Below, piece by piece: positions 55,518 through 63,899 of a stretch of DNA of 64,000 nt. Every line of letters begins with the position of its first letter. The stretch's first letter is position 1. Where the stretch lies: assembly GCA_021735685.1 (NCBI GenBank), contig JAIPGN010000004.1, forward strand, positions 959 to 64,958. The letters run 5' to 3'. Under the pieces are notes generated by a model that did not search any database, had not been told where the DNA came from, and worked only from the letters and a program-made list of their open reading frames with translations. The position numbers and the translations under genes were made by a program. This stretch comes from Patescibacteria group bacterium (GTDB lineage Bacteria; Patescibacteriota; Patescibacteriia; UBA2591; UBA6264).

Positions 55518-57028
55518 ATTTTTTTTATTTGATCAATCTTTGTTTTTAACTGACCGTCGCTTAAACGAACATCAACCTGATCACCCTTTTTTAATTTTTG
55601 AATACTTTTAATAATCTTGTTCTTGCGGCTAATGATACTATAGCCCAATTTTAATTGACGTAAGGGATTAACATCTTTTAGCTTGTTTTCAATACTTTTT
55701 AAATATTCTTTTCGAATATTAAAGTTATTTTGCCAAAGTTTAAACCAAGACCCTGGCCAACGATCAAGAGAATTTTTCTTTTCTTTTAAGGTGTATTCCC
55801 AGCGCCAAAAACTTTCTTTAATTTTAGTTTTGAGTAAATTGAATTTTTCAAAAACAAAATTAAATCGAGAAATTAATTGATGAGCCTTGTTTTCTAAATA
55901 ATGATAATTAACCATTAAATTATGTTGATACTGATTAATTATTTTTTCTTGCCAAGCTAGTAGTTGATGTTTGGCTTCGTCCCAAGATTGATTTAGAGTA
56001 ATCGCTGTAGCTGTGGGCGTAGAAACTATTAAATCAGAGGCCAAAGAAGCTAAGGGGACATCTTGATCATGACCAATACCACAAATAACTGGAACTCTGA
56101 AGTTAGCTATTTTACGAGTTAAAATTTCGTTATTAAAAGCCTGTAAGCTCTCTAAACTGCCTCCACCCCTAATTATTACCAGAACCTCAATATCTGCCTG
56201 TTGAAAATAATTTAGGGCCGCAACTAAATCCGTAACTGCTGCTTGCCCCTCTACTCGAGAGCCTTTAAATTTAATTTGATAACCATAATTGCCAAGATTA
56301 TTCAAAAAATCATGAATTACTGCTCCTGTAGAAGAAGTAATTAAACCTATTTTTTGAGGAAATTCTGGGAGAATTCTTTTTTTGGCAGGATCAAACAATC
56401 CTTCTTTTTCTAATTTTTTCTTTAATTTTTCATAAGCTTTTTTCAATGCTCCCTCCCCCACTAATTCTACAGTTTGGGAGCGAAAAGTGAGACTTCCACT
56501 TGGCTTATAAACCTCTGGCAAACCATTAACAATTATTTCCGTGCCTTCCTCTAATTTAATCCCGCAAATTTCGTAATCCCTTCTCCACATAAAACATCTT
56601 AAAATGCTCTTGCTTTGCAAATCTTTGAGAGAAAAAAATAAATAATTAGACCGAATATTAATTTCTGCTATTTCTCCCTGCACCCTTCCTTTAATCTCGC
56701 TTAAACTATCGTTCAATAAATTTAAATACTTTTCTACTGTATAAATAGTCTCCTCTCGTTCTTGCTGTTCTTCTGCCCCTACCTCTTCCTCTGATTCAAC
56801 GGGAGAACGAAGAAAATTAACTATGCTTAAAATTTCTTCTCCGTATTTTTGGTATTTCTTTTCTTTAATCCCCTTAATGCTGATTAATTCATTTTTATCT
56901 TGAGGTTTAAGCCGAGCAACATCTTCTAAAGACTTATTGTTCAAAACTCGAAACAATTCAACTCCTTCTTTTCGGGCTGTTTTTTTTCTCCACTCTCTTA
57001 ATTTTTCTAATAAAAAATTGGGGGGCAT
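55514..57028 (-). CDS. xseA: Exodeoxyribonuclease VII large subunit with N-terminal HRDC domain
   Basis: LREWRKKTA...IKGIKEKKYQKYGEEIL (HRDC); ITSSTGAVIHD, RGGGS, GIGHDQD, STPT. Confidence 0.9.
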   Translation of the reverse strand: MPPNFLLEKLREWRKKTARKEGVELFRVLNNKSLEDVARLKPQDKNELISIKGIKEKKYQKYGEEILSIVNFLRSPVESEEEVGAEEQQEREETIYTVEKYLNLLNDSLSEIKGRVQGEIAEINIRSNYLFFSLKDLQSKSILRCFMWRRDYEICGIKLEEGTEIIVNGLPEVYKPSGSLTFRSQTVELVGEGALKKAYEKLKKKLEKEGLFDPAKKRILPEFPQKIGLITSSTGAVIHDFLNNLGNYGYQIKFKGSRVEGQAAVTDLVAALNYFQQADIEVLVIIRGGGSLESLQAFNNEILTRKIANFRVPVICGIGHDQDVPLASLASDLIVSTPTATAITLNQSWDEAKHQLLAWQEKIINQYQHNLMVNYHYLENKAHQLISRFNFVFEKFNLLKTKIKESFWRWEYTLKEKKNSLDRWPGSWFKLWQNNFNIRKEYLKSIENKLKDVNPLRQLKLGYSIISRKNKIIKSIQKLKKGDQVDVRLSDGQLKTKIDQIKKI

Positions 57029-57042
57029 TTTTCAACTAACTC

Positions 57043-57147
57043 TTATTTAAGACGGTTCTTTATTTTTCTTTTTTGGTTCTTAGAAAGTTTTTTTACTCCC
57101 TTCTCTTTAAGAACTTTGGCAATTTTACGTGCTTTTTTTCTGTGCAT
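57043..57147 (-). CDS. 34-aa very basic micro-protein MHRKKARKIAKVLKEKGVKKLSKNQKRKIKNRLK
   Basis: Hand-translated; TG-TATAAT and A/T-rich leader upstream; stop 14 nt before xseA. Confidence 0.55.
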   Translation of the reverse strand: MHRKKARKIAKVLKEKGVKKLSKNQKRKIKNRLK

Positions 57148-57244
57148 AAAAATTCTTAATTAAATTAATAATATTTTGATTAGTTTTTTAATTATAACAA
57201 ATTTGAATAGATAAAAAAAGTTGAAATTTTGAAAAATTTCTGCT

Positions 57245-57994
57245 ATGATCATCTTAATGATTAATTATATTATTTTAGGGACAATTCAAGGCATTTTTGA
57301 GTGGCTTCCTGTTTCCAGCGAAGGAATCACTGCTTTATTTACTAGCCTTTTAAATAAAAATTTTGAGCCAATTGATTTGGCTCTTTTCTTACACTTAGGC
57401 ACCCTTTTGGCGGCCTTAATTTATTTCTGGAAAGATTGGGTTAAACTTTTCAAGGGTCAAAATAAAAAATTACTTCAATTTTTAATAATTTCTACATTTA
57501 CTTCTTTGCTTATTAGTTACCCCCTCTATAAAATAATTAAAAATTTTGCCTTTGGCAGCGGCCTCCTTTTTTTAATGGGATTTGGTCTTTTGGGGACTGC
57601 TTACGCTTCTGAACATAAATTTAAATTTAAAATCAAAAACACATCTTTGGCTCTTTTGTCTGGCCTTTTGCAAGGTTTGGCTGTTATTCCCGGATTATCT
57701 CGTTCTGGCTCTACTATTTTTGGCCTTTCTTTAGGAGAGTTGCCGCCTCAAAAAATATTAAAAATTTCTTATTTGATGTCTGTGCCCATTATCGCTGCTT
57801 CCAGTTTTTATCTTTTTTTAAAAGAGCCAAATTTAATTTGGCAAACTTGGCCCGCTTTAATAGCCAGTTTTCTTGTTGGTATTCTATCTTTGCATTTTTT
57901 GCTTCGTTGGGCTCAAAAAATCAATTTTACTAAATTTGCCCTTATTTTCAGTAGTTTTTGTTTTTTGGGAGCGATTTTAGGACTTTTACTTTAA
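57245..57994 (+). CDS. uppP: Undecaprenyl-diphosphate phosphatase
   Basis: QGIFEWLPVSS, LHLGT, PGLSRSGST. Confidence 0.92.
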   Translation: MIILMINYIILGTIQGIFEWLPVSSEGITALFTSLLNKNFEPIDLALFLHLGTLLAALIYFWKDWVKLFKGQNKKLLQFLIISTFTSLLISYPLYKIIKNFAFGSGLLFLMGFGLLGTAYASEHKFKFKIKNTSLALLSGLLQGLAVIPGLSRSGSTIFGLSLGELPPQKILKISYLMSVPIIAASSFYLFLKEPNLIWQTWPALIASFLVGILSLHFLLRWAQKINFTKFALIFSSFCFLGAILGLLL

Positions 57995-58014
57995 ATTAAA
58001 CCGTTAAGAAAACT

Positions 58015-58049
58015 AAAAATACTTAGGAGCTCGGCTCCTAAGTATTTTT
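58015..58049. repeat. REP-like palindrome AAAAATACTTAGGAGC-TCG-GCTCCTAAGTATTTTT (may double as the uppP terminator)
   Basis: Perfect 16-bp stem; same core as 33356-33382 in opposite orientation. Confidence 0.8.
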
Positions 58050-58129
58050 TTTGTTTAGACTTCGTATAAAAAATCAGGAATCCTTAATCCCAAAAATTAG
58101 AATATTATTAAAACTTTCTCTAACAGTAA

Positions 58130-58151
58130 CAAGAAGGGGCCAAAAGGCCCC
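58130..58151 (-). terminator. Intrinsic terminator of the mini transcription unit
   Basis: GGGGCC-TTTT-GGCCCC-TTCTTG on the minus strand. Confidence 0.6.
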
Positions 58152-58158
58152 GAAAATT

Positions 58159-58275
58159 TTAAGTTTTCCTCCTTTGAAAGAAAAAGAAAAACTTTCTCTT
58201 ACCTTTGGCTTTAAGCCAAAGGTTGAGATTGACCTTTGGTTTGTAAGAAAGCCAAGGTCTCTTCAAGATTTTCAT
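58159..58275 (-). CDS. 38-aa micro-ORF MKILKRPWLSYKPKVNLNLWLKAKGKRKFFFFFQRRKT
   Basis: GAAAGGAGG SD, consensus promoter upstream, terminator downstream; contains two related hairpins. Confidence 0.5.
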   Translation of the reverse strand: MKILKRPWLSYKPKVNLNLWLKAKGKRKFFFFFQRRKT

Positions 58276-58298
58276 ACAACCTCCTTTCTGTATTTATC

Positions 58299-58327
58299 AT
58301 CATATCAATTTTAAGCTCTTTTGTCAA
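58299..58327 (-). promoter_or_regulatory. sigma70 promoter
   Basis: TTGACA-17-TATGAT with extended TG. Confidence 0.75.
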
Positions 58328-58456
58328 TCTCCTGTTTTTATAAAAAACAAATCAAGAAAATTTATTTTTTTAAATAATTAAAACAAATTTAATTTTCGGT
58401 ATATATGATTTGCATATTGTAAATAAAAAAGGGATGAATTTAATCCTTCACCCCTA

Positions 58457-58699
58457 TCACCTTAACAATAATAATATAATTATTGTTAAGAATTCAACAA
58501 ACATCAAAAAATAAAAAACTTTTTGATGTTTATTGAAAGATGATGCTTCCGTGGCGCTAATTCCCAAAAGCGCCAAAAAACCAGCAACAACAAACCCCAT
58601 TGGAGGAGCGTCATTGCTTAACGCTAATACTATCATTATAGCCGTTAAGGCTGTACAAATGATAGCAAAAAGACGTAAAAAAAAGACCCTTTTCTTCAT
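58457..58699 (-). CDS. Small 3-TM protein (SD-led ORFan)
   Basis: GGGAGG SD; TTGACA-17-TATACT at 58723-58751; hairpin + T-tract at ~58425-58455. Confidence 0.75.
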   Translation of the reverse strand: MKKRVFFLRLFAIICTALTAIMIVLALSNDAPPMGFVVAGFLALLGISATEASSFNKHQKVFYFLMFVEFLTIIILLLLR

Positions 58700-58856
58700 G
58701 TTCGCCTCCCTTGATTGCTTGTAGTATAGTAAAAAATAGACATTTTGTCAATAAAAAATTCTCAACAATCTAAGAAAATTGCTGAGAAAATTTTTAATTA
58801 AAAAATTATTTTCTTGAGCTTGATCATCTTCTTTTGGATTTCCAAACCCACTTAAA

Positions 58857-59345
58857 TTAGTTTAAATGCCAAATAGAATAATTGAGAATACTGGCAAAAG
58901 TAACCCAAAAGAAATAAGGAATTAATAAACAACTAGCCCATTTATTAATGCGCCAAAATTTAATAATTAAAATTATAATTGAAATCCAAAGAATAATGAT
59001 ATTAACTAAGGCTCCAACTGGACTCTTTAGGCCGAAAAAAATAAGAGACCAAAGGCTATTAACAATTAAATGAATCCAAAATAAAGTAAAAGCTTTTTTA
59101 CTTTCCGCTTTTCTTTCAAAAAAAGATGAAGATGTCCAGATTAAATAAATGCTAATCCCCATTAAAAAATAAAGAGTGATCCAAGCTGGCCCAAAAAGCC
59201 AATTAGGAGGATTAAACGACGGTTTGATTAAAAAAGCATACCAACTGGATATTGTTGAACGGGTAAAAAAAGAACCGATAAAACCAGCCAATTGAGGCAA
59301 AAGAAGAGAAATTAAAAATTTTTTAAGGCTTTTTATTTTCAGCAT
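58857..59345 (-). CDS. tspO: TspO/MBR protein
   Basis: WYAFLIKPSFNPPNWLFGPAW, LLIPYFFWVTFASILN. Confidence 0.93.
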   Translation of the reverse strand: MLKIKSLKKFLISLLLPQLAGFIGSFFTRSTISSWYAFLIKPSFNPPNWLFGPAWITLYFLMGISIYLIWTSSSFFERKAESKKAFTLFWIHLIVNSLWSLIFFGLKSPVGALVNIIILWISIIILIIKFWRINKWASCLLIPYFFWVTFASILNYSIWHLN

Positions 59346-59362
59346 AAATTTAATATTATTTT

Positions 59363-60118
59363 TTATTCAATTTCAATTTGATTCAATTCATCATAAATTT
59401 CATCTATGATCGCTTGTGTAATTTTTCCATTTTCAATGGTTACTACTAAAGAATGAGGGGTAATAACTTGCGCTAAAATTTGCCCTTCTCGATCTCCATA
59501 ACCGGAATAACGAGAATTAAATTGATAAACAAATTGATAACAATCCTCACAATCTACTAAATCAAGTAGCAAAACCTCTTCTAAATTAAGATCCATCCCG
59601 TCAAAAACATAAGTGGGCGCTTGATTAATAATCCAATTTTTTGCAATTTGTTGTGATTGTTCTTCTGTGTAGTTTATTTCTTCTAAGGGGCAATCAATGC
59701 GATCTATCTTCCATTCTTCTTCAATTTTTTTTAAAGTAACAATAGTGGATCTCATGTTGCCATAAAAATTCTGCTCAACTACCACTGAGGCTGAATTCTC
59801 GGTTTGATCAGCTTCTATAAAATTCATGGTTAAAGGTAAATCTTGAGCGCACAAAATTGGATCATAACCCCCTCCTTCAAAAGATTTAATAATTGCATCT
59901 AATTGATCCACTAAAGAATTTGTTAATTTGGGGTATTCTTGATATGCTCGCACTAAAATTGGATTATCTCCGACCTCTTCAGGATAAGACAACCAAAAAT
60001 TATAAAAATTGGCCACCACTTCTTTAGGCCCTTTTGGAGTTTGTGCAGAAGGTTTTAGCCAAAAGAAAACTAAAATTACAGCCAAAATAAATAAAATAAT
60101 AATGTTTTTCTTTTTCAT
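59363..60118 (-). CDS. Exported protein with DUF3828-like N-domain
   Basis: TM; FYNFWL...YDPILCAQD...WKIDRI; second domain APTYVFDG...GYGDREGQILAQVITPH. Confidence 0.7.
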   Translation of the reverse strand: MKKKNIIILFILAVILVFFWLKPSAQTPKGPKEVVANFYNFWLSYPEEVGDNPILVRAYQEYPKLTNSLVDQLDAIIKSFEGGGYDPILCAQDLPLTMNFIEADQTENSASVVVEQNFYGNMRSTIVTLKKIEEEWKIDRIDCPLEEINYTEEQSQQIAKNWIINQAPTYVFDGMDLNLEEVLLLDLVDCEDCYQFVYQFNSRYSGYGDREGQILAQVITPHSLVVTIENGKITQAIIDEIYDELNQIEIE

Positions 60119-60168
60119 TATGTTTTAATTAAATTTAATTATATTAATTAATATTATCTTTAGCTATT

Positions 60169-61392
60169 TTAACCAAACATCAACCAACCTGGCTTAAGAA
60201 TAAGTAATAAACCAATAATTAACATCAAGATTCCTCCAATTAAGCGTGAATAACGAGTGTACTTGGTAGTAATCCCAGTTATTCGTAAAGTAGTCATTGC
60301 TATAAAGAAAACCAAAAGATCGTCCAGCATAAAAATAAAAACATAAAGAAGAATATAGAGATAATATTGCCATTTAGCTAAATTACTCAAAGCTAAAACT
60401 TGAGTATAAACTGCTGGCAAACCAGCTGAACAAATTAATTCTACTAAATTAACCGCAAAAGCCAAAAGAATAATTCCCCCTAAAGCTAAATAGAAACTTT
60501 TTTGATGGGTAATATTTTTTAGTTTTTCAAAAATTTTCTTTCTTTTTTCGCTACCAGTTACCTTGCAACCTGCCTGAGGATTCTTGAAATAATCTTTAAT
60601 ACTGTAACCCCCCCCTCCCAGGGCCACTAAACCAATTAAAATTCTAATCCAAACCACAATGCCAATAAAAAGAATAAAATTAAGCCAAGCCGCCATAAAA
60701 AGAAAATAGACTGAAGCCGAGGCTATGATAAAAGCTGTTCCCAGAATCCACATTCTTTTACGATCTTTCATCCCTAAGAGCAAGCTAATCAAGAACAAAA
60801 GCACCCACATTGCACAAGGATTAAAACCATCTAAGGCTCCTATAATAATAGTCAAAATAGGTAAAGAAAAATTTTTAGTTTCTATTTCTCCTAACAAGGG
60901 GATTTTTAATTTTTCGGGAATAGAAGATTTTTCTTCTTCACAGCCACAATCTTCTTCTTGGTGTTCGTGCCCAATTTGATTTTCTAAACTTAAGACTTCT
61001 TGTCCTAAATCTCGACAACTATTTCTTAAAAGGCATTGTAACGCCTCTTCAATGGCTTTGCCCGTACTTTGCTCATCGTACCAACCAACAAAATGTTTTT
61101 CGCCAACTAAAGTAAAGGGCACGCCTCTAATATCAATATTTAGTTTTTTACCTAAATCTGATAAAAGTTGACGGTTTTCAGAGTTTTTATAAATTTCAAA
61201 ATCGTAAATTTTAATTTCGGAATATTTTTTTTCTAATTTTTCTAAAAAAAGCTCTTCTTGAGCGCAATGTGGGCAACCTTCACCCCAGAAAAAATAAATA
61301 TTGGCGCTATCATTACTTTGCGCTTTTACATTTTGGTTAACAGAGAATAAAGAAAAAATTAAAAAAAGAAAAACTACTATTTTCTTGAACAT
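60169..61392 (-). CDS. Thioredoxin/glutaredoxin-like domain fused to a CcdA/DsbD-like TM domain
   Basis: Signal peptide, GCPHC, GVP; TM region DGFNPCAMW and ELICSAG. Confidence 0.8.
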   Translation of the reverse strand: MFKKIVVFLFLIFSLFSVNQNVKAQSNDSANIYFFWGEGCPHCAQEELFLEKLEKKYSEIKIYDFEIYKNSENRQLLSDLGKKLNIDIRGVPFTLVGEKHFVGWYDEQSTGKAIEEALQCLLRNSCRDLGQEVLSLENQIGHEHQEEDCGCEEEKSSIPEKLKIPLLGEIETKNFSLPILTIIIGALDGFNPCAMWVLLFLISLLLGMKDRKRMWILGTAFIIASASVYFLFMAAWLNFILFIGIVVWIRILIGLVALGGGGYSIKDYFKNPQAGCKVTGSEKRKKIFEKLKNITHQKSFYLALGGIILLAFAVNLVELICSAGLPAVYTQVLALSNLAKWQYYLYILLYVFIFMLDDLLVFFIAMTTLRITGITTKYTRYSRLIGGILMLIIGLLLILKPGWLMFG

Positions 61393-61414
61393 AATTTTAT
61401 TAATTTTTATTTTT

Positions 61415-61684
61415 TTACTGATCTTTATATTTTTCAATTAGCCTCAAAAGCTCTTCCTTAGAGGGCTCTCCGCTTAAACGAGTAATTTCTTGATCTTCTT
61501 GGTCTAAAAATACAAAAGTGGGCAAAGTCTGATCAATTTTGTATTTTTCCACCATTTCCTGTTCTTGGTCGTAATCATAATATTCGGTCTTTAAATCAGG
61601 TAACTCTTCTTCAATTTCCTTCCAACGTGGTTTCATAATTATACAACCAGAGCACCATTCTGCTCCAAATTTTAATACCTTCAT
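61415..61684 (-). CDS. Thioredoxin family protein
   Basis: AEWCSGC, TLPTFVF. Confidence 0.88.
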   Translation of the reverse strand: MKVLKFGAEWCSGCIIMKPRWKEIEEELPDLKTEYYDYDQEQEMVEKYKIDQTLPTFVFLDQEDQEITRLSGEPSKEELLRLIEKYKDQ

Positions 61685-61688
61685 AATT

Positions 61689-61991
61689 TTATTGATTAAT
61701 TTTCTTCTTTTGACGAATTTTCTCTATATAAATTTTTTGCCACCAGAAACAACCCGCTGCAAAACCTCCGCAAACCCCCATTACCAAAATAGCTATTTGG
61801 AGAAATGGACTTAAGGCGCAACCATGATAAAAAGAAACTACTCTTCTCTGTTTTTCCGCCCAATTAAGATAAATCAATTCAACTGAAACATGAACCAAAA
61901 AACTTAAAATTATTCCCAAAATTGTCCAAAAAAACAAATAAACTATTTTTTTAATTTTCTTTAATTTTTCAGTCTTAAGATTTGTTTTCAT
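61689..61991 (-). CDS. Small 2-TM protein
   Basis: LGIILSFLVHVSVE; GCFWWQKIYIE. Confidence 0.7.
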   Translation of the reverse strand: MKTNLKTEKLKKIKKIVYLFFWTILGIILSFLVHVSVELIYLNWAEKQRRVVSFYHGCALSPFLQIAILVMGVCGGFAAGCFWWQKIYIEKIRQKKKINQ

Positions 61992-62039
61992 CTAAATTTA
62001 TTATAACAATTTTTGTAAAAATCTCAAAACTAAAGAAAT

Positions 62040-62068
62040 AAAAAAGCCCGAGAATAAATCCTCGGGCT
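62040..62068 (-). terminator. Intrinsic terminator
   Basis: AGCCCGAG-N8-CTCGGGCT followed by TTTTT on the minus strand. Confidence 0.75.
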
Positions 62069-62181
62069 ATCGGAATGTTTTGCTACAAAAATACTTTCAC
62101 CAGTTAATGTAAATATTATCCTTTAATTATTTTTGTTAACAATGTTTATAAAATTTCCTAATTATTAAGTAAATCACGATT

Positions 62182-62517
62182 TTAATCCCCTAACAAACAA
62201 TTACAATTCTTGTCTTTTAAGATTTTCTCTTGTTCTTCTTGGGAACAAAGAAATTGATTTTGTTTAATTTGCCCTGTAGCCTTTTTTTGATCCAAAGGAG
62301 AATGATGTTGGTACTCCCTTCTCTTCATTTCCTTAACTAATTTTTCGTGTCTTAAGTACAAGGCTTTTAATTTTCCCTCCCAACGCTTAGTTTCCGGATG
62401 ATTCCGATATCCTTTTTTGTTGTTCACTAAAATGCTCCAAAGAGCATGTAATTCTCGATGCTCTCCTAATAAATGCTGTCGGCATAATTTTTTTGGATTA
62501 ATGTCCCAAATCCGCAT
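62182..62517 (-). CDS. Pyrimidine dimer DNA glycosylase (T4 endonuclease V-like)
   Basis: MRIWD...LCRQHLLGEHRELH, HPET, RHEKLVKEMKRREY. Confidence 0.82.
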   Translation of the reverse strand: MRIWDINPKKLCRQHLLGEHRELHALWSILVNNKKGYRNHPETKRWEGKLKALYLRHEKLVKEMKRREYQHHSPLDQKKATGQIKQNQFLCSQEEQEKILKDKNCNCLLGD

Positions 62518-62575
62518 ATTTTATATAATTAACAATTAAAATATTATTAAACATCTTACAAGAAAAATAAAAAAC

Positions 62576-62612
62576 AAAAAAGACCCAAAGGCAAATTATC
62601 ATCCTTCGGGTC
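62576..62612 (-). terminator. Intrinsic terminator
   Basis: GACCCGAAGG...CCTTTGGGTC followed by T-tract on the minus strand. Confidence 0.7.
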
Positions 62613-62620
62613 GATTAAAT

Positions 62621-63106
62621 TCAGGGTTTTGTTGTCAAGGATTCTTTATATCTCTTGGCAACTTTTCTAATAATCTGTAAAATTTTTTTCACAGACCACA
62701 TTGGTGATTCATATAAGCATTGCCCATCTATAAGTCCAAAAACCTCACATTGATGGACGGTGTGCGGCACCCCTAATTTTAACATCTCTATACGAAGCAT
62801 TTCTGCTTTTTTGCTTCCGTCATGATGTAAGCAAAGAATGGGGTTCCATTTTTCCCAAATAAGAGGAGCCTCGCTTTCTCCTTTAAGCCCAAGATCCTTA
62901 GCCAGTTTTGTTACACTTTCATAAGAAATTCTTCTAATTTCAAATAAAACCTGGCCACCCGACCCATGATTAACGTTTAGCTTAAGCCTTTCTGTGTCTG
63001 GGTCATAAGTTAAAAAGTAATGAGACTTAACGAGAAACTCCCTAATAATTTTAGGGAACAAAATGATATCACCAACAATAACCCTATTTTTAAATTCTCT
63101 CATCAT
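62621..63106 (-). CDS. Hypothetical protein (SD-led ORFan)
   Basis: GGAGGT SD; TTGACG-17-TATTAT at 63134-63162; own terminator. Confidence 0.72.
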   Translation of the reverse strand: MMREFKNRVIVGDIILFPKIIREFLVKSHYFLTYDPDTERLKLNVNHGSGGQVLFEIRRISYESVTKLAKDLGLKGESEAPLIWEKWNPILCLHHDGSKKAEMLRIEMLKLGVPHTVHQCEVFGLIDGQCLYESPMWSVKKILQIIRKVAKRYKESLTTKP

Positions 63107-63305
63107 TTACCTCCATTTGTTTTTGGTTGCCTAATAATAAAATAAATAAGTCAGGGCGTCAAGCTATATAAAAAAATGTTTAAAAAATAAAAGCGGAGTA
63201 ATTTCTCCGTCATTTTGCTATTCTAATGATACTTCTTAATCTTCTTTTCCCCTTGTATTTTGGCTATCAAATATTTTAATTAAAAGTTATCTCTGCCTCT
63301 TGCCG

Positions 63306-63719
63306 TTATATTTCGTCTTCGGTGAATACCTTAATATTATTCTTTTTAAGAATTTTAGCGAACACACCATCGCCCTTAATTAATTTCCCGGAAAAAGTAC
63401 CGTCATAGATCTTCCCAGAACCACAGGATGGTGATTTTGATTTTATAATCGCTTCCTCACAATTAACAAGCAAGGCAATTTCCAAAGCTTCTTTCGCTCC
63501 TTTCTCAAATTGAACAGTGACATTTTTTCCGTTTTTGGTGAAAATTTTATCTTTTTTTTGCTCAGCTGGAACCCTGGGTGTAGTTAAACCACCCAACTGT
63601 TCCGGACAGACAGGTATTGCTTTACCTTGCCTAACCAATTCAACCACTTTTTGACAAGGCCTAGATTCACCATCCCATCTACATTTTATTCCCGCCAAAC
63701 AAGCGCTTACTATTTTCAT
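63306..63719 (-). CDS. DUF523 / 2-thiouracil desulfurase (TudS) family
   Basis: VSACLAG..CRWDG, VCPEQLGGL.TPR, KSKSPSCG, GDGVFA. Confidence 0.9.
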   Translation of the reverse strand: MKIVSACLAGIKCRWDGESRPCQKVVELVRQGKAIPVCPEQLGGLTTPRVPAEQKKDKIFTKNGKNVTVQFEKGAKEALEIALLVNCEEAIIKSKSPSCGSGKIYDGTFSGKLIKGDGVFAKILKKNNIKVFTEDEI

Positions 63720-63843
63720 AACATTTTATTTTATCTAAAAATTTTATAAACTATTGTTCTTTTAATTGTCATTAAGATCAAGCCTCGGCAGTGCTTAGCA
63801 GGATTTGAGAAAACATGTGGAGATTAAACTTCCAAATACTTTC

Positions 63844-63876
63844 AAATATGTACGAGGTTCGACCTCGTACATATTT
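63844..63876. repeat. REP-like palindrome AAATATGTACGAGGT-TCG-ACCTCGTACATATTT
   Basis: Perfect 15-bp stem; identical core to 6475 and 6527. Confidence 0.85.
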
Positions 63877-63899
63877 AAAAAATTTCAGAGTTATAATAG

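Noticed and set aside
58051-58314. 87-aa plus-strand ORF
   Set aside because: TTG start without SD; antisense to a unit with clear promoter, SD and terminator.
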